64,000 bases of DNA, taken from NCBI GenBank assembly GCA_900544715.1, contig UQWL01000007.1, positions 35,043-99,042 on the forward strand, read 5' to 3'. Both the position numbers and the translations under genes were made by a program. Below are positions 56,580-64,000 of this stretch, piece after piece; position 1 is the stretch's first letter; each line of letters begins with the position of its first letter. This stretch comes from an uncultured Oscillospiraceae bacterium (GTDB taxonomy: Bacteria; Bacillota; Clostridia; Oscillospirales; Acutalibacteraceae). The notes below the pieces were generated by a model that saw only the letters and a list, made by a program, of their open reading frames with translations, ran no database searches and had not been told where the DNA came from.

Positions 56580-56632
56580 ATTGAGTCAGCCTCGCTTTCC
56601 ATGCCCCGCCGTATGCGCCAAGGCATAAGGAA

Positions 56633-56660
56633 AAGTTTGAAAGAGTGGTCTTTCAAACTG
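56633..56660. repeat. Inverted-repeat element AAGTTTGAAAGA-N5-CTTTCAAACTG, copy 2.
   Basis: Arms identical to the copy at 24715-24743. It lies in the rr-hk intergenic region. Confidence 0.6.
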
Positions 56661-56706
56661 ATTGGTGCAAAAATATGGATCGATGTACAAACGGGAAAGG
56701 CGCGCA

Positions 56707-57396
56707 TTATTCCTTGGTTTCAAATTTATAGCCAACGCCCCACACTGTTTTGAGCGCCCATTTATCACTGACGCCTTCCAGCTTTTCCCGCAACCGCTTA
56801 ACGTGGACATCGACGGTGCGCGAATCACCGTAATAATCAAAGCCCCACACCTCGTCGAGCAACTGATCACGGGTGAAAACACGGTTTGGATTGCTGGCGA
56901 GGTGATAGATCAGTTCAAGCTCCTTGGGCGGCGTGTCAATCTGCTTGCCGTCTACGCGCAGCTCATAGTTCGTTAGGTTGATAATCAGCTTATCATAGCG
57001 GACTTCCTTGACCTGCTCGGTGCTGCTGTTGGACGTACGGCGGAGCACCGCCTTGACGCGCGCAACCACCTCCTTGGCTTCAAAAGGCTTTACAACATAG
57101 TCATCTGCCCCTAGCTCCAGGCCCAGCACCTTGTCAAAGGTTTCGCCCTTTGCAGTCAGCATAATAATCGGCTTGTCCGAAAAACGGCGGATTTCGCGGC
57201 AGACCTGCCAGCCATCCAGCCTTGGCAGCATGATATCGAGCAACACGAGATCCGGCTGTGCCGATTGAAAAGCCTCCACCGCGGCTACACCGTCATTGAC
57301 GATTTCCACCGTGTAACCCTCTTTTTCTAAATAAAGTCGCAGCAGTTCGCAGATATTGGGGTCGTCATCCACGACCATAATTTTTTCCAGGCTCAT
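56707..57396 (-). CDS. OmpR-family response regulator.
   Basis: Receiver domain (IMVVDDDPNI...LVLLDIMLP...IIMLTAK) and winged helix (RTVDVHVKRLREKL...VWGVGYK). Confidence 0.85.
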   Translation of the reverse strand: MSLEKIMVVDDDPNICELLRLYLEKEGYTVEIVNDGVAAVEAFQSAQPDLVLLDIMLPRLDGWQVCREIRRFSDKPIIMLTAKGETFDKVLGLELGADDYVVKPFEAKEVVARVKAVLRRTSNSSTEQVKEVRYDKLIINLTNYELRVDGKQIDTPPKELELIYHLASNPNRVFTRDQLLDEVWGFDYYGDSRTVDVHVKRLREKLEGVSDKWALKTVWGVGYKFETKE

Positions 57397-57559
57397 TGCA
57401 AATCCTCCTTCTCCGCCGCCCTGCTGGGTGCGGATGGATCAAACTTCTATTCAGAACTTTAACATAATTATAGCGCGAAAAGAAAGGCTTTGATGAATAT
57501 TTTTTAAATTTTTAACAGATCTGAACAGCGCCAGCCCTTAAAACGGTTGTTTGAAACAA

Positions 57560-57596
57560 TAAAACGCAGGCCGGTTATCAACCGCCCTGCGTTTTG
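57560..57596 (-). terminator. Intrinsic terminator after the 580-aa hypothetical gene.
   Basis: The reverse strand reads AACGCAGGGCGGTTGATAACCGGCCTGCGTT followed by TTATTGTTT. Confidence 0.55.
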
Positions 57597-57627
57597 GAAT
57601 GCTGTTTATTGTGCATACGGCCGCCGT

Positions 57628-59370
57628 TTAAAAACGGTTTTTCGGCTTTTTGGGCTTTTTGACCTTGGAATGCTTGCCTGGGTGGAGAAGCTCCGGCTTT
57701 TTCTTATAGATGATAACGAGTGCCAGAGCGATCAGCACCGCGCAGATAGGGAGAACGATGCTCACAATCTTTTTCCAAACCTTGCCGTCTCGCACGCCGG
57801 CCATTGCCGGCGCATCGGCGGTCGTGCCCTCTGTGCTGTCGTCGTCGAGCACCACAAGCCCGTCGTTGATGCCGATCACGTTGCCGCTTTCGTCCGTCAC
57901 ATATTCGGCGCCTGCAGGAAGCGTATATTGCCCGCCCTGTTCATCCGTATAAACAAGGCTTCCATCCGGCATTACCATCGATTCGATTTTACCGGTGGGA
58001 ATATCGTAGGAGGGGCGCTTAATGGTTGGGAGCGTCTTATAGGTTTCGTCGGGCATATCCTTGTTGCCGTTGATGATTTTAACGGAATAATCCATGGTTT
58101 CCGTTTTGCCGTCCACCGTGTTGGTCACATGGTAGTTCAGCGTGGTGGATTGGCCGATCATGGAGAAATGGATCTCCGTCGCGCTGCCACTTTTGATCTC
58201 CTTGCCGTTGACGGTGATCTTTGCGCCGTTTTTCAGGGCGGTGGGGCGCACGCGCACATCGCTGATTTTATAGGGCAGATTGACAACATAATTTGAGATG
58301 TCGCAATAGAACTGATCCTCCAGCGGGAAGTAGCCGAGGCGGAGCACCTCTTCCCAGGCCTGCTGTTTGGTGAAATCCTTTGTAATTTTATCGCTGCCCT
58401 TTTCCTTCGCCATCTGGCGCAGAATCAGGCGCGGCACATCGTTGTTTGGAAGTGATGACTGCATGTTCCAGACAGCGTCCATCGCGGGGATATAGGGAAC
58501 TTTCGCCTTCTCTAACGTGTAGCGCTGGCTGAGCATGGCGGAGAGATAGGCGAGCCCCAGCTCTTCATCCGAAATATCATCCGGATTTTTGATATCTGTT
58601 ACTACGCCGTCTTTATAGAGCGGGTATTTTAGATCGACGATCAGCGTGCGGATCGTCATCAGCTTGAGCACTTTTTCATCCGGCATATCGGCAGGGACAG
58701 TGATGCTGCCGTATTTTTCCTGCTTCAAGGTGGCTTTTGCAACGTCGAGCACCAGCCCGCGGACGGTTTCGGGCAGCGGCCCGCTCAGTTCAATGTTCTC
58801 CTCTTCCTCAATGAGCTTGGCAAGGTATTGCACGAGCGCGGCCTCCAGCGGGGTGCCAGGTGCGATGGTGGGCGGCGTCATGTTGGGGTAAAACAGCTTA
58901 TAGGCGTTTTGTTTCATCATGGCGTAGAGGAGGATGACATATGTTTCGGTGTTTTCATCGTCCTCCGGCGGCATGACGACTCCGTGTTCCACCAGCCATG
59001 CGCGCATTTCCTCCTGTGAGGCATCCTCCGTGACACCCATGAACTTCATAATATCGGTGGTAAAGCGCATGGCAAGGATATATTGCTCATAGCGCATGTC
59101 TTCATCCATCGTATAAGCCTTCACCCAGTAGGAAACATCGGTTTCAAATTCGCTCAGGCTCTTATCGTGCCGGTAATCCGTCTGCGGCACCATCGTGGCG
59201 GTTTCAAATGCATAGTTCCCTTTATCATAAGTGACCATTAGATTTTGAAGCCAGGCGCTGCTCTCCGGTGTCGATTCAAACTGCTGCTCCACCTTTGCAG
59301 CATAGGCTACCCATCCTGCGGCAAGCAGAACCGCAGCAAGCAGAAGGCTGAGCACTCGTTTCGTTTTCAT
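57628..59370 (-). CDS. Hypothetical 580-aa exported protein with a C-terminal TM anchor and a poly-basic tail.
   Basis: Signal peptide MKTKRVLSLLLAAVLLAAGWVAYA. A C-terminal TM segment (IVSIVLPICAVLIALALVIIY) is followed by KKKPELLHPGKHSKVKKPKKPKNRF. AAAGGAG RBS, with its own promoter and terminator. Confidence 0.5.
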   Translation of the reverse strand: MKTKRVLSLLLAAVLLAAGWVAYAAKVEQQFESTPESSAWLQNLMVTYDKGNYAFETATMVPQTDYRHDKSLSEFETDVSYWVKAYTMDEDMRYEQYILAMRFTTDIMKFMGVTEDASQEEMRAWLVEHGVVMPPEDDENTETYVILLYAMMKQNAYKLFYPNMTPPTIAPGTPLEAALVQYLAKLIEEEENIELSGPLPETVRGLVLDVAKATLKQEKYGSITVPADMPDEKVLKLMTIRTLIVDLKYPLYKDGVVTDIKNPDDISDEELGLAYLSAMLSQRYTLEKAKVPYIPAMDAVWNMQSSLPNNDVPRLILRQMAKEKGSDKITKDFTKQQAWEEVLRLGYFPLEDQFYCDISNYVVNLPYKISDVRVRPTALKNGAKITVNGKEIKSGSATEIHFSMIGQSTTLNYHVTNTVDGKTETMDYSVKIINGNKDMPDETYKTLPTIKRPSYDIPTGKIESMVMPDGSLVYTDEQGGQYTLPAGAEYVTDESGNVIGINDGLVVLDDDSTEGTTADAPAMAGVRDGKVWKKIVSIVLPICAVLIALALVIIYKKKPELLHPGKHSKVKKPKKPKNRF

Positions 59371-59435
59371 TGGAACACTCCTTTACGGGCGTCTGGCGCC
59401 TGTTTGCGACAATAGCTCCCATCGATACGTTATTC

Positions 59436-59464
59436 ATTTTAATCGGTCGGGGAGGCAAAGTCAA
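59436..59464 (-). promoter_or_regulatory. Promoter for the 580-aa gene (TTGACT, 17 nt, TAAAAT on the minus strand).
   Basis: The reverse strand reads CTTGACTTTGCCTCCCCGACCGATTAAAATG. Confidence 0.45.
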
Positions 59465-59510
59465 GGCGGGGGAAAAGATTCCCGGCCCCGGCTGCAGCCG
59501 GATGAATCAA

Positions 59511-59549
59511 AAGAGGTGCTGCTGCAAAGCGCTTTACAGCAGCACCTTC
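59511..59549 (-). terminator. Intrinsic terminator after leuD.
   Basis: The reverse strand reads AGGTGCTGCTGTAAAGCGCTTTGCAGCAGCACCT followed by CTTTTG. Confidence 0.6.
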
Positions 59550-59598
59550 TAAACCATTTTTGCCTCTCAGAAAGCCGTTTTCAGGCCGCAGCAGGCTT

Positions 59599-60084
59599 TT
59601 ATTTTTGGGCAATGGAGTTGAGCAGGCCGCCCTTGGCGATGATATTCTGGATAAAGGGAGGGAAGGATTCCGCCTGATAGGTTTCGCCGGTTGTCACGTT
59701 GGTGATAACACCCGTATCAAAATCCACACATACCTCGTCGCCGTTGCGGATGCCGTCGCTCGCCTCAGGGCATTCGAGAATCGGTAGGCCGATGTTGATT
59801 GCGTTGCGGTAGAAAATGCGGGCAAAGCTCTTTGCGATGACGCAGGAGACCCCGGCAGCCTTGATAGCGATCGGCGCATGCTCCCGGGAGGAACCGCAGC
59901 CGAAATTATGATCTGCTACGATCAGGTCGCCCTGCTTCACCTTGTGGATGAATTCCTGGTCGATATCCTCCATGCAGTGTGCCGCCAGCTCCTTATGGTC
60001 GGCAGTGTTGAGATAACGCGCCGGGATGATCACGTCCGTATCGACGTTGCTGCCATATTTATGTACCAAACCCTGTGCTTTCAT
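59599..60084 (-). CDS. leuD: 3-isopropylmalate/citramalate dehydratase small subunit.
   Basis: 161-aa short-form LeuD ([11 protein letters not shown]...[12 protein letters not shown]). Confidence 0.85.
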   Translation of the reverse strand: MKAQGLVHKYGSNVDTDVIIPARYLNTADHKELAAHCMEDIDQEFIHKVKQGDLIVADHNFGCGSSREHAPIAIKAAGVSCVIAKSFARIFYRNAINIGLPILECPEASDGIRNGDEVCVDFDTGVITNVTTGETYQAESFPPFIQNIIAKGGLLNSIAQK

Positions 60085-60107
60085 TGGTCAGGCTCCTTTC
60101 TTTGCTG

Positions 60108-61367
60108 TTATATTTTGGCTGGGTCTGCAATCCGGCCCGCGATCGCACTTGCCGCTGCAACGGCGGGGGAGGCGAGGTAAACCTCGCTGTCCACATGGCC
60201 CATGCGGCCGACAAAGTTGCGGTTGGTTGTGGAAACGGCGCGTTCTCCTGCGGCCAGAATGCCCATATAGCCGCCCAGGCACGGCCCGCAGGTAGGCGTG
60301 CTGACGATGGCGCCGGCCTCAATGAAGATTTCCGCCAGCCCCTCCCGGATGCATTGCAGATAGACCTCCTGTGTGGCGGGGATCACAATGGTGCGCACGC
60401 CCTGGTGCACCTTGCGGCCCTTGAGGATCTCCGCCGCGGCGCGCATATCCTCCATGCGGCCATTCGTGCAGGAGCCGATCACCACCTGATCGATCGACAC
60501 ATCGCCCGCTTCATCCACCGTTTTGGTGTTCTCCGGCAGGTGAGGGAATGCGACGGTGGGGCGAAGGGCGGAGAGGTCGATCGTAATTTCCTGCTCATAC
60601 TGTGCGTCCGCATCCGCCTCATAAACCTTCCATGGGCGCTGCGCGCGGCCCTCCACATAGCGGAGCGTGGTTTCGTCCACCGGGAAAATGCCGTTTTTCG
60701 CCCCGCATTCAATGGCCATGTTGGCGATGCAGAGGCGGTCGTCCATCGAGAGCGCCCTGACGCCCTCGCCCGTGAACTCCAGGGAGCGGTACAGCGCGCC
60801 GTCCACGCCGATCTGACCGATCAGATGCAGAATCACATCTTTGCCGCTGACATACTGCGGGAGTGTGCCCGTCAGAGTGACACGGATGGCGGAGGGCACC
60901 TTAAACCAGGTTTTTCCCGTAATCATGCCAGCGGCCATATCCGTGGAGCCCACGCCGGTTGAGAAGGCGCCGAGCGCGCCATAGGTGCAGGTGTGGGAAT
61001 CCGCGCCGATCACTGCGTCGCCGGGCACGACGATGCCTTTTTCCGGCAGCAGGGCATGTTCCACGCCCATTTCGCCGACATCGTAGAAATGCTCGATGCC
61101 GTATTTCGCGGCAAAGGTGCGCACCTGCTTGGTGTGCTCTGCTGATTTGATATCTTTATTGGGGACGAAGTGATCCATCACCAGGGAGATTTTGCTTTTG
61201 TCAAACACGGAATCCGCGCCGCAGCGCTCAAACTCGTTGATGGCCACGGGGGAGGTGATGTCATTGCCGAGCACCATATCGAGCGTTGCCTCGATGAGCT
61301 GGCCCGCTTTCACCTCGCTGAGGCCAGCGTGCGCGGCCAGGATTTTCTGCGTCATTGTCATTCCCAT
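60108..61367 (-). CDS. leuC: 3-isopropylmalate/citramalate dehydratase large subunit (aconitase family).
   Basis: 419-aa LeuC with Cys ligands ([14 protein letters not shown]). Confidence 0.9.
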   Translation of the reverse strand: MGMTMTQKILAAHAGLSEVKAGQLIEATLDMVLGNDITSPVAINEFERCGADSVFDKSKISLVMDHFVPNKDIKSAEHTKQVRTFAAKYGIEHFYDVGEMGVEHALLPEKGIVVPGDAVIGADSHTCTYGALGAFSTGVGSTDMAAGMITGKTWFKVPSAIRVTLTGTLPQYVSGKDVILHLIGQIGVDGALYRSLEFTGEGVRALSMDDRLCIANMAIECGAKNGIFPVDETTLRYVEGRAQRPWKVYEADADAQYEQEITIDLSALRPTVAFPHLPENTKTVDEAGDVSIDQVVIGSCTNGRMEDMRAAAEILKGRKVHQGVRTIVIPATQEVYLQCIREGLAEIFIEAGAIVSTPTCGPCLGGYMGILAAGERAVSTTNRNFVGRMGHVDSEVYLASPAVAAASAIAGRIADPAKI

Positions 61368-61381
61368 AAAAAGACCTCCTG

Positions 61382-63001
61382 TTAGATATTAGATATTGGA
61401 TATTCGATATTAGGCTTTGAAGAGCGGCTGCCGGGAGGAGAGGCGCAGAGCTTGTGCTCAATGGAATCCACCAGCGCAAGCCAGCTGGCCTCAATGATAT
61501 CCTGAGAAACGCCGACCGTCGTCCAGATATCGCTGCCGTCGGCAGAGGAGATCAATACGCGCACGCGTGCGGCGGTAGCGTCCTTCGGCTCCATCACGCG
61601 CACCTTGTAGTCAATCAGGCGCACCTCATTGAGGCAGGGGTAAAATTCAGCCAGTGCCTCGCGCAGCGCCTTATCGAGCGCGTTCACCGGGCCGTCGCCG
61701 TCGGAAGCGGCAATTTTCACCTTGCCGCCCACACGGATTTTGATGGTGGCGGTGGCGCTATGGTTATTGTCATAGGGCAGTTCGTCGAGTACCTTGTAGC
61801 TAATCAGGTCGAAGAAGGGTTCCACGCCCTCCACGCGTTTGCGGATAATCAGCTCAAAGCTCGAATCCGCGCCCTCATACTGATAGCCCTCATACTCCTT
61901 TTCCTTGAGCTCACCCACAATATCAGCCAGCACGGGGGAGTCCCTGGTGATCTCCGGATAAATTTTCTGCACGCGCCGCAAAACGGCGGATTTGCCCGTC
62001 ATCTCGGACATCAGGAAGCGCCTGTGATTGCCCACAAGCGCCGGGTCGATATGTTCAAAGGAGCGCTCGTTTTTCAGCACGCCGTCCGCATGCATGCCCG
62101 CTTTATGGGCAAAGGCACTGCGGCCCACGAAGGGCATATTTTTATGCAGGGTGATGTTGGCGGTTTCCGCAATCCGCATAGCCGTCGCAGTCAGCGTATG
62201 CATCCGTTCCGCCGGGATGCAGGGAAGCCCGCATTTGAGCTGCAGCGTTGGGATGACAGCGGAAAGGTTTGCGTTGCCTGTGCGCTCTCCAAAGCCGAGG
62301 AACGTGCCCTGCACATGGGAGGCGCCGCCCTGTACGGCGCAGACGGAATTTGCAACGGCCATGCCGCAGTCGTCATGTGCATGCATGCCGATCTCCGTAT
62401 CCGGAAAAGAGGCGCATACCTGCGTGGTGATGGCAAAAATATCATAGGGGATCATACCGCCGTTGGTATCGCACAGCGTGAGAATGCGCGCGCCGCCGCG
62501 CTTCGCCGCGCGCAACGCCTCCAGTGCGAAATCCGGGCTGGCTTGGTAGCCGTCGAAAAAATGCTCTGCGTCAAAAATAACCGTTTTTCCGTGCCCACTG
62601 AAGAAGCTGCAGGTCTCCTCGATCATACGCAGGTTTTCCTCTGGCGTTGTTTTCAGAATTTCCCGCACATGGAGCTCCCAGCACTTACCGAAGATTGAAA
62701 CCACCGGCGTATTTGCCCGCAGGAGCGCCAGGCAGTTTGGGTCCTCTTCCGGGGCGCAGCCCTTGCGGCGGGTGCTCCCGAAGGCGACCAGCGTTGCGTT
62801 TTTTAGAGGAAGAGCCGCGGCCCGGTCAAAGAACTCCAACTCCTTTGGGTTGGAAGCAGGGTTCCCCGCCTCCAGGTAAGCAAGCCCTAATTCATCGAGC
62901 GCGCGCACAATTCCGATTTTATCCTCTACGGAGAAGGAGATGCCCTCTCCCTGCGCGCCGTCGCGCAGCGTAGAGTCCAGAATGGTGATATGGCGTTGCA
63001 A
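61382..63001 (-). CDS. cimA: (R)-citramalate synthase / LeuA-family long-form synthase (TIGR00977-like).
   Basis: The N-terminus [52 protein letters not shown] matches the citramalate-synthase branch better than canonical LeuA (DTTLRDGEQ). 539 aa with a C-terminal regulatory domain. Confidence 0.65.
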   Translation of the reverse strand: MQRHITILDSTLRDGAQGEGISFSVEDKIGIVRALDELGLAYLEAGNPASNPKELEFFDRAAALPLKNATLVAFGSTRRKGCAPEEDPNCLALLRANTPVVSIFGKCWELHVREILKTTPEENLRMIEETCSFFSGHGKTVIFDAEHFFDGYQASPDFALEALRAAKRGGARILTLCDTNGGMIPYDIFAITTQVCASFPDTEIGMHAHDDCGMAVANSVCAVQGGASHVQGTFLGFGERTGNANLSAVIPTLQLKCGLPCIPAERMHTLTATAMRIAETANITLHKNMPFVGRSAFAHKAGMHADGVLKNERSFEHIDPALVGNHRRFLMSEMTGKSAVLRRVQKIYPEITRDSPVLADIVGELKEKEYEGYQYEGADSSFELIIRKRVEGVEPFFDLISYKVLDELPYDNNHSATATIKIRVGGKVKIAASDGDGPVNALDKALREALAEFYPCLNEVRLIDYKVRVMEPKDATAARVRVLISSADGSDIWTTVGVSQDIIEASWLALVDSIEHKLCASPPGSRSSKPNIEYPISNI

Positions 63002-63097
63002 AAGCGCCGCCTCCTTCCAAACGATGGTGAAACAAAAATCAGAATGAAAGCGATCCTTTTCACCAGTGTATCACAGAGCCAATCTTTTTGTCCATCT

Positions 63098-63625
63098 TTA
63101 AGTGCCGCTGCGGGAAGATATGGCGGCTTCGTGGTCGCGGATGCCTTCATCGCCGCTTTCCAATGCCGTCATACCGGAGCGGGACATTTCCACGATTCCG
63201 TGCAGCCCCATATCCTCAATGAAGCTGTCGATGCGGTCGGTCGCGCCGGTCAGCTCTGCGGTGATGGTGCGGTGGCCGATATCCTTGACGCGCGCGCCGT
63301 GTTTGGAAATCGTGCGCAGCACGGCGGGGCGGTCTTGATTGAGCGCGCGCACCTTTACAAGGGCGAGCTCGCTTGCGATCAGGTGATCCTCTTCCAGGCG
63401 GATCACCTTGACAACGTCCTCCAGCTTGAGCAGCTGCTTTTCCATCTGGCGGAAGGTAACGGGCGCCGCCTCGGAAACGATCGTCATGCGGGAGAAGCGC
63501 GGGTCCTCCGTTTCAGATACCGTGAGGCTCTGAATATTGTAGCCGCGGCGGGAGAACAGGCCGACCACACGCAGCAGAACGCCCGCGTGGTTGTTCACCA
63601 GCGCGGAGAGCGACAGCTTTTCCAT
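63098..63625 (-). CDS. ilvN: Acetolactate synthase small (regulatory) subunit.
   Basis: ACT domain start (LSALVNNHAGVLLRVVGLFSRRGYNIQSLTV), 175 aa. Confidence 0.85.
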   Translation of the reverse strand: MEKLSLSALVNNHAGVLLRVVGLFSRRGYNIQSLTVSETEDPRFSRMTIVSEAAPVTFRQMEKQLLKLEDVVKVIRLEEDHLIASELALVKVRALNQDRPAVLRTISKHGARVKDIGHRTITAELTGATDRIDSFIEDMGLHGIVEMSRSGMTALESGDEGIRDHEAAISSRSGT

Positions 63626-63663
63626 CCAATCAATCCTTTCACAGGTGCTGGGTATAGACTAGG

Positions 63664-64000
63664 TTATTCCATAAAAACGTTGATGGTATCCTGCACGGCG
63701 CCGCCGGGAGGGATCATCGGCAGCACCATGGCATCGGGCGAGATCCGGCAGTCCACCACGCATGGTCCACCGCAGGAGAGCGCCGTTTGCAAAACGGGCT
63801 CGATTTGCTCCGGGCGTTCTATGCGGAAGCCCTGCGCGCCGAATGCCTCGGCGAGCCGGACCAGATCCGTCTGCCGGTGAGGCGCGGTCTGCGCATAGCG
63901 GCGGTCATAAAAAACCGTTTGCCACTGCCGCACCATGCCGAGCACTGTGTTGTTCATGACAAGGTCAACAATGGGCAGCCGGTAGGAGACAAGCGTCGCA
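63664..64000 (-). CDS. ilvB: Acetolactate synthase large subunit, C-terminal portion only; the 5' part lies beyond the window.
   Basis: The C-terminal thiamine-pyrophosphate-enzyme tail (GPCVVDCRISPDAMVLPMIPPGGAVQDTINVF) ends at a stop at 63664. Confidence 0.75.
   Translation of the reverse strand, partial: ATLVSYRLPIVDLVMNNTVLGMVRQWQTVFYDRRYAQTAPHRQTDLVRLAEAFGAQGFRIERPEQIEPVLQTALSCGGPCVVDCRISPDAMVLPMIPPGGAVQDTINVFME

Noticed and set aside
60075-62698. Plus-strand ORFs of 295 and 414 aa overlapping leuC and cimA.
   Set aside because: They are antisense to strongly supported biosynthetic genes. Protein-unlike Arg/Ala/His-rich products.
1-64000. Search for mobile elements, CRISPR arrays, prophage or defence islands.
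   Set aside because: I saw no transposase or integrase-like ORFs, no spaced direct-repeat arrays, and no tRNA or att-like boundaries. Composition is uniform apart from short AT-richer intergenic regions. The window reads as core chromosome.

Overview
This is a gene-dense, roughly 58-60% GC chromosomal segment that reads like the core genome of an anaerobic, spore-forming Firmicute. The organism guess (Clostridia, Oscillospiraceae/Ruminococcaceae-like) rests on inference from spoIID, the yaaO-darA-holB-yaaT cluster, a clostridial 2[4Fe-4S] ferredoxin and a citramalate-type cimA-leuCD-ilvBN operon.

In order the window contains:
- a sugar ABC uptake locus (malK-like ATPase, lipoprotein substrate-binding protein, two permeases, YesL/DUF624)
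- an orphan Na+-translocating decarboxylase beta subunit plus a small gamma-like subunit, behind a consensus promoter and a terminator-containing leader
- a response regulator / ABC ATPase / ABC-2 permease / intramembrane histidine kinase module
- a GH3 beta-glucosidase
- three ECF-type sigma factors, one paired with a beta-propeller anti-sigma factor
- a ferredoxin, an APC permease, a PHP phosphatase and an M16 peptidase
- a MarR regulator divergent from a heterodimeric ABC exporter pair
- yaaO-darA-holB-yaaT, a putative QueG-like Fe-S protein, an AEC transporter and citrate synthase
- spoIID, cadC-cadA, proBA, cls, nadCBA, hflX
- an rr-hk-htrA locus
- ilvB(partial)-ilvN-cimA-leuC-leuD

I found no rRNA, tRNA, CRISPR array, transposase or integrase. 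I also see no convincing multi-gene novel system. The candidates worth a second look are:
1. a riboswitch-like leader in front of oadB
2. a 770-bp ORF-free, hairpin-dense, low-GC region upstream of an ECF sigma operon
3. a 27-aa hydrophobic peptide gene with its own consensus promoter (type I toxin-like)
4. a 22-nt inverted-repeat element shared between two distant intergenic regions
5. related palindromes in a divergent promoter region
6. several uncharacterised proteins

All coordinates were hand-counted from the printed sequence; short regulatory elements may be off by 1-2 nt.
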